Source: Fervidobacterium sp. (GTDB lineage Bacteria; Thermotogota; Thermotogae; Thermotogales; Fervidobacteriaceae). From it: 64,000 nt of DNA. The position numbers and the translations under genes are program-made. The stretch spans positions 128,001 to 192,000 of the forward strand of contig JBMFNR010000003.1 of assembly GCA_049970055.1 (NCBI GenBank), written 5' to 3'. The notes under the pieces were generated by a model. That model worked only from the letters and a program-made list of their open reading frames with translations. It had not been told where the DNA came from and did not search any database. The number at the start of each line of letters is the position of its first letter. Position 1 is the stretch's first letter. This document shows positions 28,810-37,957 of the stretch, one piece after another.

Positions 28810-29367
28810 GTGACAACTTTGGAAAGAAGACAAATTTCACTTTTAGAGCTATTTTTATCAACTATGAAAATTGGCGCTTTAACGATTGGTGGCGGTTATG
28901 CAATGGTACCAATCATTAAAGATGAATTCGTAAAAAAGAAGGGATTACTTAGTGAAGATGAGTTTACAACGCTTCTTGTTATTGCTCAATCACTACCTGG
29001 ACCTATTGCTGTAAATACATCAACACTGGTTGGATACAAAGTAAAAAAACTGCCAGGTGCTTTAAGTGCAGTATCCGGCGCTATCTTTGTACCAACAGTT
29101 AGTATAATTATCATAGCAGTTTTACTTACACAGTTTTATAATTACATCCAACCATTCTTAAAAGGCATGAAAGCATCTTTATTTGCAATACTGCTGGTAG
29201 CTGTAATCAAGATGTGGAAGGCGAATGTTAAAAACATTGAAGACTTCGTTATTTTCTTGGTATCATTTTCACTGCTAATCTTTTTAAAGTTCAACCCAGT
29301 TACATTAGTATTCCTTGGAATAATCTACGCGATAATAAAGAATCTTATTCATGATGAAATAAAATGA
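28810..29367 (+). CDS. Short-chain chromate transporter (CHR family), first half
   Basis: KIGALTIGGGYAM and AQSLPGPIAVN motifs. Confidence 0.9.
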   Translation: MTTLERRQISLLELFLSTMKIGALTIGGGYAMVPIIKDEFVKKKGLLSEDEFTTLLVIAQSLPGPIAVNTSTLVGYKVKKLPGALSAVSGAIFVPTVSIIIIAVLLTQFYNYIQPFLKGMKASLFAILLVAVIKMWKANVKNIEDFVIFLVSFSLLIFLKFNPVTLVFLGIIYAIIKNLIHDEIK

Positions 29368-29380
29368 GGGGGCATCATAT

Positions 29381-29902
29381 ATGGTGTATCTTGAGTTGTT
29401 TTTGACATTCCTACAAATTGGTGCGATAAGTTTTGGTGGTGGATATAGCATATTGAAAGCTATAAGTCATTACGTTGTTGATACAAACCGTTGGATTACA
29501 CTGGAAGAATTTAATGATATCGTTGCAATTTCTCAATCAACACCGGGTCCAATCGGAATTAACGCAGCAACATTCGTTGGGTATAAAGTTGGTGGAATAG
29601 TTGGTTCTCTGTTGGCAACATTTTCAGTGATCTTAATACCTGTTATTTTATCACTGGGTACATACATGATTTACAAAAAGCACAGCGATAACAAAACATT
29701 GCAAACGATAATACTAAGCTTGAAACCAATAATCCTTGCAATGATAGCATCAGCAGCACTAAACTTTTTGAAAAACGCATTTGGTTCTCTAATATCTATC
29801 ACAATAACCGTGGTATCGGTTTTACTTTTACTTTACACAAATATTGATGTAACAATTCTGCTATTTACTGCGGGGCTACTTGGGTTCTTTGTATTCAGAT
29901 AA
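29381..29902 (+). CDS. Short-chain chromate transporter (CHR family), second half
   Basis: FLQIGAISFGGGY and ISQSTPGPIGINAATFVGY motifs. Confidence 0.9.
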   Translation: MVYLELFLTFLQIGAISFGGGYSILKAISHYVVDTNRWITLEEFNDIVAISQSTPGPIGINAATFVGYKVGGIVGSLLATFSVILIPVILSLGTYMIYKKHSDNKTLQTIILSLKPIILAMIASAALNFLKNAFGSLISITITVVSVLLLLYTNIDVTILLFTAGLLGFFVFR

Positions 29903-29977
29903 AGTTACCAGTAATTTCTTGGTATCTTTAGATTAGTGGTATAATAAATATAACAGTGGATGAAGGAGGGAATAATC

Positions 29978-30754
29978 ATGGGAAACATTGGTACACAAAA
30001 CATCACTCTTTACGACGATGGAACGCACAAATTTATCTTTTTAGCGTGGGAAGAAAAGGAAGAAGAAGGGATAGTCCAGACAAACCAATACATCATAATC
30101 GATGGTGATGAAGCAATGCTACTTGATCCTGGAGGAGCACATGTTTTTCCACGAGTACTTGCGAATGTCTCTGAAATTATTGAACCAAGTAAGATAAAGT
30201 ACATTTTCTTTACACACCAAGACCCGGATGTAACATCTGGAATCACACTTTGGCTGTCGATTGCAGAAAACGCAAAAATATACATCTCTGGACTCTGGAC
30301 TAGATTTTTACCGCATTTTGGTGTTTATGACCAAAGAAGAGTTGTTGCCCTTCCTGACAAAGGCGACAAGTTAAGGTTAAAATCAGGTACAGAACTTGAA
30401 TTTATACCAACTCACTACCTACATTCAACAGGGAATTTTACACTTTACGATCCGCATTCTAAAATTCTTTTCTCAGGTGACCTCGGGGTTGCTGTATTTC
30501 CAAAAGGCCAAAGATACGTTTTTGTTGAAGATTTCAATCAACATGTCAAACTTATGGAACTTTTCCACAAACGATATATTACATCGAGTGTAGCGTTAAG
30601 AAAGTGGCTAAGCATAGTGGAAAAGAAAGATATCAATATAGTTGCTCCGCAGCATGGGGCAATATTTAAGGACGAGAACGTCAAAAAACTATTTGAGTGG
30701 TTTAGAAATTTAAAATGCGGAATTGACATAATCGATGAGATATACGGCAGGTGA
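29978..30754 (+). CDS. Oxygen-binding di-iron protein (ODP), metallo-beta-lactamase fold
   Basis: QTNQY.I..LLDPGG, HQDPDV, HYLHS.GNF, FSGD and PQHG; no flavodoxin domain; start placed at ATG 29978. Confidence 0.85.
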   Translation: MGNIGTQNITLYDDGTHKFIFLAWEEKEEEGIVQTNQYIIIDGDEAMLLDPGGAHVFPRVLANVSEIIEPSKIKYIFFTHQDPDVTSGITLWLSIAENAKIYISGLWTRFLPHFGVYDQRRVVALPDKGDKLRLKSGTELEFIPTHYLHSTGNFTLYDPHSKILFSGDLGVAVFPKGQRYVFVEDFNQHVKLMELFHKRYITSSVALRKWLSIVEKKDINIVAPQHGAIFKDENVKKLFEWFRNLKCGIDIIDEIYGR

Positions 30755-30759
30755 TATAA

Positions 30760-31602
30760 ATGCCAAACATAGGAAATGATACTCTTGAGAAAATGTCTTC
30801 TGCTTACTTTGCAGAAAATTTAATGACCTCTTTTATGTTACAGCTTGACGAGGCACTTATTTCGAGGGTCAAAGACGTTCAAGTGAGCATAGGGGAACTT
30901 CAAAGAAATTTTCTGATGATGCAAGAGAGGCTTAATAAACTTGCTGAGCAATTCGATAAAGAGGTGAAAGATCTTTTTTCAAGTCTTGAAGAATCCCAAT
31001 ATGTAAATGCGGACATAACGGAATCACTAAGAAAATCTGGAGCCGATGTGAACAAAATAAACGAAGTTGTAATGAACTCAGTCAAAGAAACAACTAAAAC
31101 ACTTGAAATGTTTTCGAATGTCGAAAATATGGTTACAGAAATAACAAAAATAGCCAAGCAAACTAATCTTTTGGCGTTAAATGCATCAATTGAAGCTGCA
31201 CGCGCTGGTGAATTTGGTAAAGGATTTGCCGTTGTAGCTTCAGAAGTTCAGAAACTTGCTGGCGAATCAAACGCAGTTGCAAAGCAGATTACGTTTCAAG
31301 TTAAGGAATTGTCGAAATCGGTTTCAAGCGCACTTGAGAGTATCAAGTTGGTTGGTGAGATATTCATTACGGTTCAAAATTCATTCCAACAGTTGTTGGC
31401 ATTTATGCAGCAAAACTCAACTCTTTTATCACATGTCGCACAGTTGCTTTCTGAGACCAAGGAAGAGCTTACAGCTGAGAGTCAGAACTTTTCTAGAGCA
31501 ACAGAAGTTATGGGGGAAGCAGCAAGCAAATTTGAAACGCTATCAAGAGTAATTTCATCGATAGTAAAAGCGCAAGTGAAATTGAAAGATTTAAAATTGT
31601 AA
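30760..31602 (+). CDS. Soluble (TM-less) methyl-accepting chemotaxis protein
   Basis: [33 protein letters not shown]; no hydrophobic segment. Confidence 0.9.
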   Translation: MPNIGNDTLEKMSSAYFAENLMTSFMLQLDEALISRVKDVQVSIGELQRNFLMMQERLNKLAEQFDKEVKDLFSSLEESQYVNADITESLRKSGADVNKINEVVMNSVKETTKTLEMFSNVENMVTEITKIAKQTNLLALNASIEAARAGEFGKGFAVVASEVQKLAGESNAVAKQITFQVKELSKSVSSALESIKLVGEIFITVQNSFQQLLAFMQQNSTLLSHVAQLLSETKEELTAESQNFSRATEVMGEAASKFETLSRVISSIVKAQVKLKDLKL

Positions 31603-31636
31603 AATGGGAATGTCATAATCACCAAGGAGTGATTGA

Positions 31637-32785
31637 TTGTTGAAGAATACTTTTTGGAAGTCTGGAATGTTGTTTATGTTTTTAGTACTAGTATCAAACG
31701 TGGCTTTTTCAGTTTCGCCAAAGGCAATTGAATACTACTCTGCCGGTGAGCTTTCATATAAGTCTGGAGATTATGAAAACGCGCTCAAAAACTATGAAAT
31801 GGCATTGCAGTTAGATTCCACAATCGAAGGGTACGACCCCTATGTGAAATTCAAAATGGGTATATCTGCATATATGTTAGGTGACTATAGTAAGGCAAAG
31901 AGCTATCTTTCTGGATATAACAGTAGTTTTGTAAGGGAACTTCTTGATTCAGTAAACAAAAGACAAGCCCAAGATGAATGGAAAAAGTGGATAGTAAAAA
32001 ATAAACCAGCGTATTCAGAGGTCTCAACCTCTGTTGTTGCAACTTCATCACAAAAGAAGAGTACTTCAATTACCACTGTCTTAGTTACTATTGCTATATT
32101 TTTAACTGTTTTTTCTGCGTTGCTTTATGCTGAATACCGAATCTTTAAACTGAAACGAAAGATCATTGTACTACCGAACAATTCTGCAGCACCTAGTGGC
32201 GAATCTGCTAACAAAAGTGTTCCTATCGTTGAGAGTCCGCTTAATGAGGGAAAAAAATTACCTGTTCAAGAAGACAATGCATTAAGCTTATTGCCTGAAA
32301 ATGTAAAATTTATTGATTTTGAAAAACTAATTAACAGTGAGATAGATGCGTTTAACGATTTATTTGAAGAAAGATCCATCACTCAATCCGCGGAATATAC
32401 CCCATTGATCGAAGGTGAAGAAAGTCAGACTACTGACGAATCTAAGCACGAGGAAAGTATTGAAGAAAGGATAGACGTACTCGAAAGTGTCCTCGAAGAA
32501 AGTAAGAAATTGATAGAAGAACTTGCTGAGACTACCCAAATTCCTAGTAGAGATGAACAACACATTGGAGAGTCTGATTTGGCGGAGGTAGAAACGAAAT
32601 TAATTTTGAAACTTAACGAGTACAAGGAAAGCCAGGGAGTTAACATGAACCAAATTGAAGCAAAGCTACTTGAGGAAATACAAAAGGATCTTTCACATTT
32701 TGATGATCTTGAAAAGATAACAGATTACGAAACAGAGATATTTGTCAAAAAACTTTTGATGATTACTGGTGGAGAAACTAATTGA
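31637..32785 (+). CDS. Membrane protein with an exported TPR domain and an acidic cytoplasmic tail
   Basis: Signal peptide, TPR-like helices (YYSAGELSYKSGDYENALKNYEMAL), one TM, Glu-rich C-terminus. Confidence 0.75.
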   Translation: MLKNTFWKSGMLFMFLVLVSNVAFSVSPKAIEYYSAGELSYKSGDYENALKNYEMALQLDSTIEGYDPYVKFKMGISAYMLGDYSKAKSYLSGYNSSFVRELLDSVNKRQAQDEWKKWIVKNKPAYSEVSTSVVATSSQKKSTSITTVLVTIAIFLTVFSALLYAEYRIFKLKRKIIVLPNNSAAPSGESANKSVPIVESPLNEGKKLPVQEDNALSLLPENVKFIDFEKLINSEIDAFNDLFEERSITQSAEYTPLIEGEESQTTDESKHEESIEERIDVLESVLEESKKLIEELAETTQIPSRDEQHIGESDLAEVETKLILKLNEYKESQGVNMNQIEAKLLEEIQKDLSHFDDLEKITDYETEIFVKKLLMITGGETN

Positions 32786-33019
32786 CATCCTTTGTCTTTA
32801 TAATTTTTAACTATCCACTATCTCGTTCTTTTATTTGTTATTACTGCTCTCACAGTTCAAATCGTAACTTTTTTGAGTTTTTATACTTATTAAAGGTTCT
32901 AGAGTGTATAAATCCGATAGTAAAGAGAAAATCAATTCCATTAAGTTTATGGACATTTATCAACGCAGCAACTGATTTAGGAAACAGGTGTTTAAGGTTT
33001 TCAAAACATAAAAAATATG

Positions 33020-33048
33020 TTGAAAATTTTTACCCAAAGAGTTATAAT
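33020..33048 (+). promoter_or_regulatory. Sigma70 promoter for the permease-nfi unit
   Basis: TTGAAA-N17-TATAAT. Confidence 0.6.
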
Positions 33049-33107
33049 TTCTTTTGTACTTACAGTTGCAAAGTATTAAAAAATAATAATTCTTAACTGT
33101 TGTTGAG

Positions 33108-34403
33108 GTGAATATTGTGAAAGTTATTGTTGCACTTACTTTTGCGTTTGTACTTTATTTTGTAATTACTGGAAAGCTCAACAAAACTATTGCTGCAATG
33201 ATTGGTGCCTTAACGTTACTGGCGGTGAGAGTCTTCCCAGATCCTTACGAAGGTCTTCAAAAATCGATAGATATAAATACAATTCTCTTTCTTGTCGGTA
33301 TGATGATCTTTGTAAGGGTAATGGAAACATCTGGCATATTCCAGTACTTAGCTATCAAAACAGTGAAAATAGCTGGAACAAACCTAAAAAAACTATTCTT
33401 TGCTTTAACTTTCATCGTTACAGTTATATCTTCATTTATAGATAATGTTACGACGATACTTATATTTGTTCCCATAACATTTGCGATAACAGATATACTT
33501 GAAGTTGATCCTGTCCCTTTTATTTTAGGTGAGATATTTGCATCAAATATTGGAGGTACAATGACTCCAATTGGTGATCCACCAAACATATTGATAACTT
33601 CCGCTGCGAGAATTTCTTTTTCAGAGTTCGCAATGTATATGGTACCAGTCAACTTAATTATACTTTTAATTGTTGATCTTCTGCTGAGTTTTATGGCGAG
33701 ATCTTCTATGGAAAAAAATTTCCCACAAGAATTTTTAAGTAGGTTTGACGAGAGTAAGGTTATCACAAATAGAAAAAAGTTTGTAACCTCTGCTATATTT
33801 ATGATTTTTGTAATAACTCTTTTCATTTTTCAAAAACAATTGAAGCTTGAAAGCTCTATCATTGGCCTGATAGCAGGATTTTTCGGTTTATTGCTTTTTG
33901 AACCTCATGAAATAACACCGTTCCTAGAAAAGGTTGAGTGGGAAGTTATATTCTTCTTCTTAGGTTTATTCGTAATTACGGGTGCCATGGAACAAGTTGG
34001 CTTAATGGAAGATATAGCTCAGTTCTTGGTAAAGATGTCAAATAATTCAAGTTCGGTCCTAGCTTCTGTACTGGTATGGGCTTCAGGGATCCTTTCTGGT
34101 TTTATCGATAACATACCCTTTACTGCAGCTATGATACCAGTTATCAAAAGCTTACCACAAATTAATTCACAAGTCTTTTCAAATATTATGCCATTTTGGT
34201 ATGCGTTATCACTCGGAGCATGTCTTGGTGGAAATCTAACACCTGTTGGTGCTTCGGCAAATGTCGTAGGTTTACAGTTGCTCAAAAAGTATAAAGAAAA
34301 GAATGTATCTTTTGTCTCATTTATGAAATTCGGTATCCCGGTAGTTATTCTCAGTTTGGTGATTTCCAACGTTTTCGCACTAATTTTAGTGAAAATTTTA
34401 TAA
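33108..34403 (+). CDS. ArsB/NhaD/SLC13-type (IT superfamily) permease
   Basis: SSFIDNVTT, SNIGGTMTPIGDPPNI, SGFIDNIPF and LGGNLTPVGASAN motifs. Confidence 0.9.
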   Translation: MNIVKVIVALTFAFVLYFVITGKLNKTIAAMIGALTLLAVRVFPDPYEGLQKSIDINTILFLVGMMIFVRVMETSGIFQYLAIKTVKIAGTNLKKLFFALTFIVTVISSFIDNVTTILIFVPITFAITDILEVDPVPFILGEIFASNIGGTMTPIGDPPNILITSAARISFSEFAMYMVPVNLIILLIVDLLLSFMARSSMEKNFPQEFLSRFDESKVITNRKKFVTSAIFMIFVITLFIFQKQLKLESSIIGLIAGFFGLLLFEPHEITPFLEKVEWEVIFFFLGLFVITGAMEQVGLMEDIAQFLVKMSNNSSSVLASVLVWASGILSGFIDNIPFTAAMIPVIKSLPQINSQVFSNIMPFWYALSLGACLGGNLTPVGASANVVGLQLLKKYKEKNVSFVSFMKFGIPVVILSLVISNVFALILVKIL

Positions 34404-34409
34404 GTAGAC

Positions 34410-35087
34410 ATGAGCGAATACGTTGTTTCAAAGAAAACTTTAGAAAAACTCAAAAAGCAACAGATTGAATTAGCAAAAAAGGTTGTTATAAAGGACTTTG
34501 ATCTTACAGCTATTTCTACAATAGCTGGTGCGGATGTTAGCTATGTTGATGATAACGCACTTGGTGTTGTTGTAGTTCTTGACAAAAATTTGCAGATAAT
34601 AGAGGTAGTTTATCAAACCGAAAAAGCATATTTTCCATATATACCGGGGTTCCTTGCTTTTAGAGAAGCCCCGGTTATTATTTACTGTTTCGAAAAGCTG
34701 AAAATGAAAGGACTACGCCCTGATATTGCAGTTTTTGATGGTCAAGGTATAGCACATCCGAGAAAAATAGGGTTAGCAAGTCATGTAGGTGTATTACTCA
34801 ACATACCTACTATTGGTGTAGCAAAACATAACTTATATGGCCACTGTGAAAAACCTTCCTACGTTGGACAGGCAACAAAAATGATAGGTGATGATGGGAC
34901 GATTATTGGTTATTGTTACCTTTCTAAATCGAATACAAGACCCATCTACATTTCTCCAGGCCATCTTACAGATCCAGATAGCGCTCTTGAATTTGTAAAG
35001 TCCACAATTACAATTTATAAACTCCCAGAACCTGTAAGGTTAGCTCACCTATACACTCAGAAAGTTAAGCTGGAAATAAAATTCTAA
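34410..35087 (+). CDS. nfi: Endonuclease V (deoxyinosine 3' endonuclease)
   Basis: AGADVSY, FPYIPGFLAFRE, FDGQGIAHPR, PTIGVAK and YISPGH motifs. Confidence 0.95.
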   Translation: MSEYVVSKKTLEKLKKQQIELAKKVVIKDFDLTAISTIAGADVSYVDDNALGVVVVLDKNLQIIEVVYQTEKAYFPYIPGFLAFREAPVIIYCFEKLKMKGLRPDIAVFDGQGIAHPRKIGLASHVGVLLNIPTIGVAKHNLYGHCEKPSYVGQATKMIGDDGTIIGYCYLSKSNTRPIYISPGHLTDPDSALEFVKSTITIYKLPEPVRLAHLYTQKVKLEIKF

Positions 35088-35172
35088 GGATTTTTTAAGC
35101 TATGAAATATATAATCCAAACGTGTGAAAGTGAAACTAAGACAATACTATCTTGGGTTAGGAGGTGATTTTT

Positions 35173-35835
35173 ATGAAAAAGTTCCTAAGTATTTTTCTCC
35201 TAACACTTCTTGTTTTAGTATCGTTTGCCGCTACAACAAAAACTGTCGGTAACATCTTTTCGTTGTTAGTTTTGGAAAAATCCTCATTCGAAGTGTCAGG
35301 TAAAGTAAAGGAAGTTGTCATGGGAATTCGTGGAAACGGTTATGCACTTATAACATCGGATAGTACGGATATAAGGATCCCATTATTGTTTGCAAACCCA
35401 ACAGCTGTTAAAGTGGGCTCAGATATTACTGTAAATGGTTCAAAAGTGAGTTTTGTTATACCGCTTTACTTTGAAACTAGTGGATATAAAATCCAAATTA
35501 GACACGCTGTAAAACAAAATACTGAAACCACAACACTCGAGTTTAAGGTAAAAGATACCCAAATTTCAAAAAATTCGGCAACAATTGTTCTTGTAGATTC
35601 AATGCAGAAAGAATACACTATCCCTGCTCAGATAATACCAATTTGGAAAAATTTGAGAGCCGGTGATTCATTCAAAGTTGTTGGTATAAAAAGAACAGTC
35701 GAACTTCCTGAAACAATATTAATCGATGGGAAGACTTACCATCTCGGCACAGGAAATATTCAATTCGGAAAGTATTTTGGAAAAGATTATAGTGGAGTCT
35801 GGAAGAATTACAGGTTTAGAAAACCCTTGAAATAA
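35173..35835 (+). CDS. Secreted beta-rich hypothetical protein
   Basis: MKKFLS...VSFA signal peptide, SD GGAGG, own terminator. Confidence 0.75.
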   Translation: MKKFLSIFLLTLLVLVSFAATTKTVGNIFSLLVLEKSSFEVSGKVKEVVMGIRGNGYALITSDSTDIRIPLLFANPTAVKVGSDITVNGSKVSFVIPLYFETSGYKIQIRHAVKQNTETTTLEFKVKDTQISKNSATIVLVDSMQKEYTIPAQIIPIWKNLRAGDSFKVVGIKRTVELPETILIDGKTYHLGTGNIQFGKYFGKDYSGVWKNYRFRKPLK

Positions 35836-35838
35836 TAA

Positions 35839-35886
35839 AATAAAATGAAAAAGGCACCAGCAATTTGGTGCCTTTTTCATTTTATT
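35839..35886 (+). terminator. 21-bp perfect inverted repeat, terminator
   Basis: AATAAAATGAAAAAGGCACCA-GCAATT-TGGTGCCTTTTTCATTTTATT. Confidence 0.85.
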
Positions 35887-35950
35887 ACTAATTTAAGCCT
35901 TCTACAGTGAATAATTGTACAGAATTTTCTTAAAATTATCAAGTTAATAA

Positions 35951-35980
35951 TTGCAACTTTCTTGAAAAGTGTGATATAAT
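35951..35980 (+). promoter_or_regulatory. Sigma70 promoter of the solute-binding protein gene
   Basis: TTGCAA-N18-TATAAT with an extended TG. Confidence 0.65.
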
Positions 35981-36047
35981 ATAGGCGTACTTGCCTCATC
36001 TGATTGTACTACGTCCCAAATCATATCCTTTTGAAGGGGGGATTTTT

Positions 36048-37901
36048 GTGAAAAAGTGGTTAGTAGTGCTTTTTGGTGTTCTTGCGGTAGTTTTAACGTT
36101 AGCAGCGTTTGATCCAACAGTCTACGTAGAAGCAACGATTGGTGAACCAGACACACTTGATCCTCATCTTGCTTACGATACGGCAAGCGGTGAAGTGCTC
36201 TTTAACGTATACGAAAACCTTATTGCTTACAAAGGCAGAAGTGTCAGCGAGTTTGAACCAAGACTTGCAACAGAAGTACCAACTGTTAAAAATGGTCTTA
36301 TAAAAGACGGAGGAAAAACATACGTGTTCCCAATCAGAAAAGGTGTCAAGTTCCACAACGGTAATCCATTGACACCAGAAGATGTTGAGTACTCATTTGA
36401 ACGTGGTCTTCTGTACGACCCCGAGGGCGGTCCGATGTGGATGCTCTGGTATGCTCTCTTCGGTGTACACTCAAGAGATGAAGCACTTGAAGAATTTGTT
36501 GGAAAACCTGTTAGCGAAATCTTTGACGCTAAGACAGGCGAGCCAAAAGCTGAGTATAAACAGAAACTTGTTGACTTCTATAAGCAAGTTGTTGATCCAG
36601 CAATCGAGGTACAAGGTGATAATGTTGTTATTAAACTTGTCAGACCATACGCACCATTTATGAATATAATTGCGCAAAGTGCACACTGGGCGGCAATTCT
36701 TGACAAAGAAACATGTATTAAACTTGGCCTTTGGGATGGAAAAGCAGAAACGTGGTGGAAATGGAAAGATATGCAAAAGGAGCAATCACCACTTTACTCA
36801 ACAGCAATTGGTACTGGTCCATACAAGTTTGTGGAATGGGATAGAAAACAGCAAAAAGTCACATTGGTAGCCAATGAGAACTATTGGAGAGAACCAGCAA
36901 AAATCAAGAAAGTAATAATCTGGGGAATTGATGAATGGTCAACAAGGAAATCCATGCTCGAGAAAGGTGACGCGGACTCTATAGCAGTTGTTCTTGAATA
37001 CCTAGATCAACTGAGAGGTAACAAAGATATACAGATCATCGAAAATATTCCAACACTTTCCGTTACAGTCTTGGCATTCAATTGGTCAGTTAACCCATCA
37101 AGTAAATACGTTGGTAGTGGTAAGCTTGATGGTAATGGAATTAACCCTGATTTCTTTAGTGATGTCTACGCAAGAAAAGCAGTTGCAGCTGCAATTAACT
37201 ATGATGCGCTTATTAGGGATGTTTTGAAAGGCTTTGGTAAGAGAATACCAACGGCTCTTCCAGAAGGGTTACTTGGATTTGATCCATCATTACCACTTTA
37301 CAAATTCAACCTCCAAGAAGTACAAAAGAACTTGAAGTTAGCTTGGAACGGTCAAGCTTGGGCGAAAGGCTTCAAATTTAGCGTTGCTTACAACCAAGGT
37401 AACACAGCACGACAAAGAGTTGCAGAAATGGTTAAAATGTATTTGGAAATGGCAGCACCTGGCAAAGCAAAGATAGATGTGCAACCATTACAATGGCCAA
37501 CATTCTTGGATTCAACAAAGCGAGGAGAACTTCCAGTTTTCATACTTGGCTGGCTTGCTGACTATCCAGACCCAGATAACTTCATATTCACATATTACCA
37601 CAGCAACGGTGATTACTCTGGCAGACAAGGTGAAAACTTCAGGAAATTTGTCAGTGCACCAAGGAAGGAACTCGGTGGTAAGAGTTTGGATCAACTTATC
37701 GAAGAAGCTGCTGCTGAAACAGATCCACAAGTTCGTGCAAAACTTTACATACAAATTCAGAAATTCGTTGTCGATAACTGTATAAGTGTCCCAGTTTATC
37801 AACCAGTTGGTGTGCGCGTCCAAAGAACATGGGTCAAGGGTTGGTTCGATAATCCAATGAGACCTGGAATGGACTTCTACTCAGTTTACAAACAACAATA
37901 A
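36048..37901 (+). CDS. ABC transporter substrate-binding protein, family 5 (Opp/Dpp-like)
   Basis: PDTLDP..YD, NVYENL, FPIRKGVKFHNG, IGTGPY and GWLADYPDPDNF; start placed at GTG 36048 with a signal peptide. Confidence 0.92.
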   Translation: MKKWLVVLFGVLAVVLTLAAFDPTVYVEATIGEPDTLDPHLAYDTASGEVLFNVYENLIAYKGRSVSEFEPRLATEVPTVKNGLIKDGGKTYVFPIRKGVKFHNGNPLTPEDVEYSFERGLLYDPEGGPMWMLWYALFGVHSRDEALEEFVGKPVSEIFDAKTGEPKAEYKQKLVDFYKQVVDPAIEVQGDNVVIKLVRPYAPFMNIIAQSAHWAAILDKETCIKLGLWDGKAETWWKWKDMQKEQSPLYSTAIGTGPYKFVEWDRKQQKVTLVANENYWREPAKIKKVIIWGIDEWSTRKSMLEKGDADSIAVVLEYLDQLRGNKDIQIIENIPTLSVTVLAFNWSVNPSSKYVGSGKLDGNGINPDFFSDVYARKAVAAAINYDALIRDVLKGFGKRIPTALPEGLLGFDPSLPLYKFNLQEVQKNLKLAWNGQAWAKGFKFSVAYNQGNTARQRVAEMVKMYLEMAAPGKAKIDVQPLQWPTFLDSTKRGELPVFILGWLADYPDPDNFIFTYYHSNGDYSGRQGENFRKFVSAPRKELGGKSLDQLIEEAAAETDPQVRAKLYIQIQKFVVDNCISVPVYQPVGVRVQRTWVKGWFDNPMRPGMDFYSVYKQQ

Positions 37902-37918
37902 TTGAATTGCATAGCTAT

Positions 37919-37957
37919 AAAAAAATAGTCACCGGTTTACCCGGTGGCTATTTTTTT
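37919..37957. terminator. Bidirectional terminator between convergent genes
   Basis: A-tract-TAGTCACCGG-TTTAC-CCGGTGGCTA-T-tract. Confidence 0.85.

Noticed and set aside
32850..33030. Minus-strand open frame (..FENLKHLFPKSVAAL..) vaguely like an IS982 transposase C-terminus
   Set aside because: No start codon with an SD, no terminal inverted repeats or target duplication; similarity too short to support without a search
32782..33096. 104-aa + strand ORF between the TPR gene and the permease
   Set aside because: Atypical composition (Cys/Phe/Asn-rich), no motif, and it contains a consensus promoter (33020-33048) for the next gene; probably non-coding
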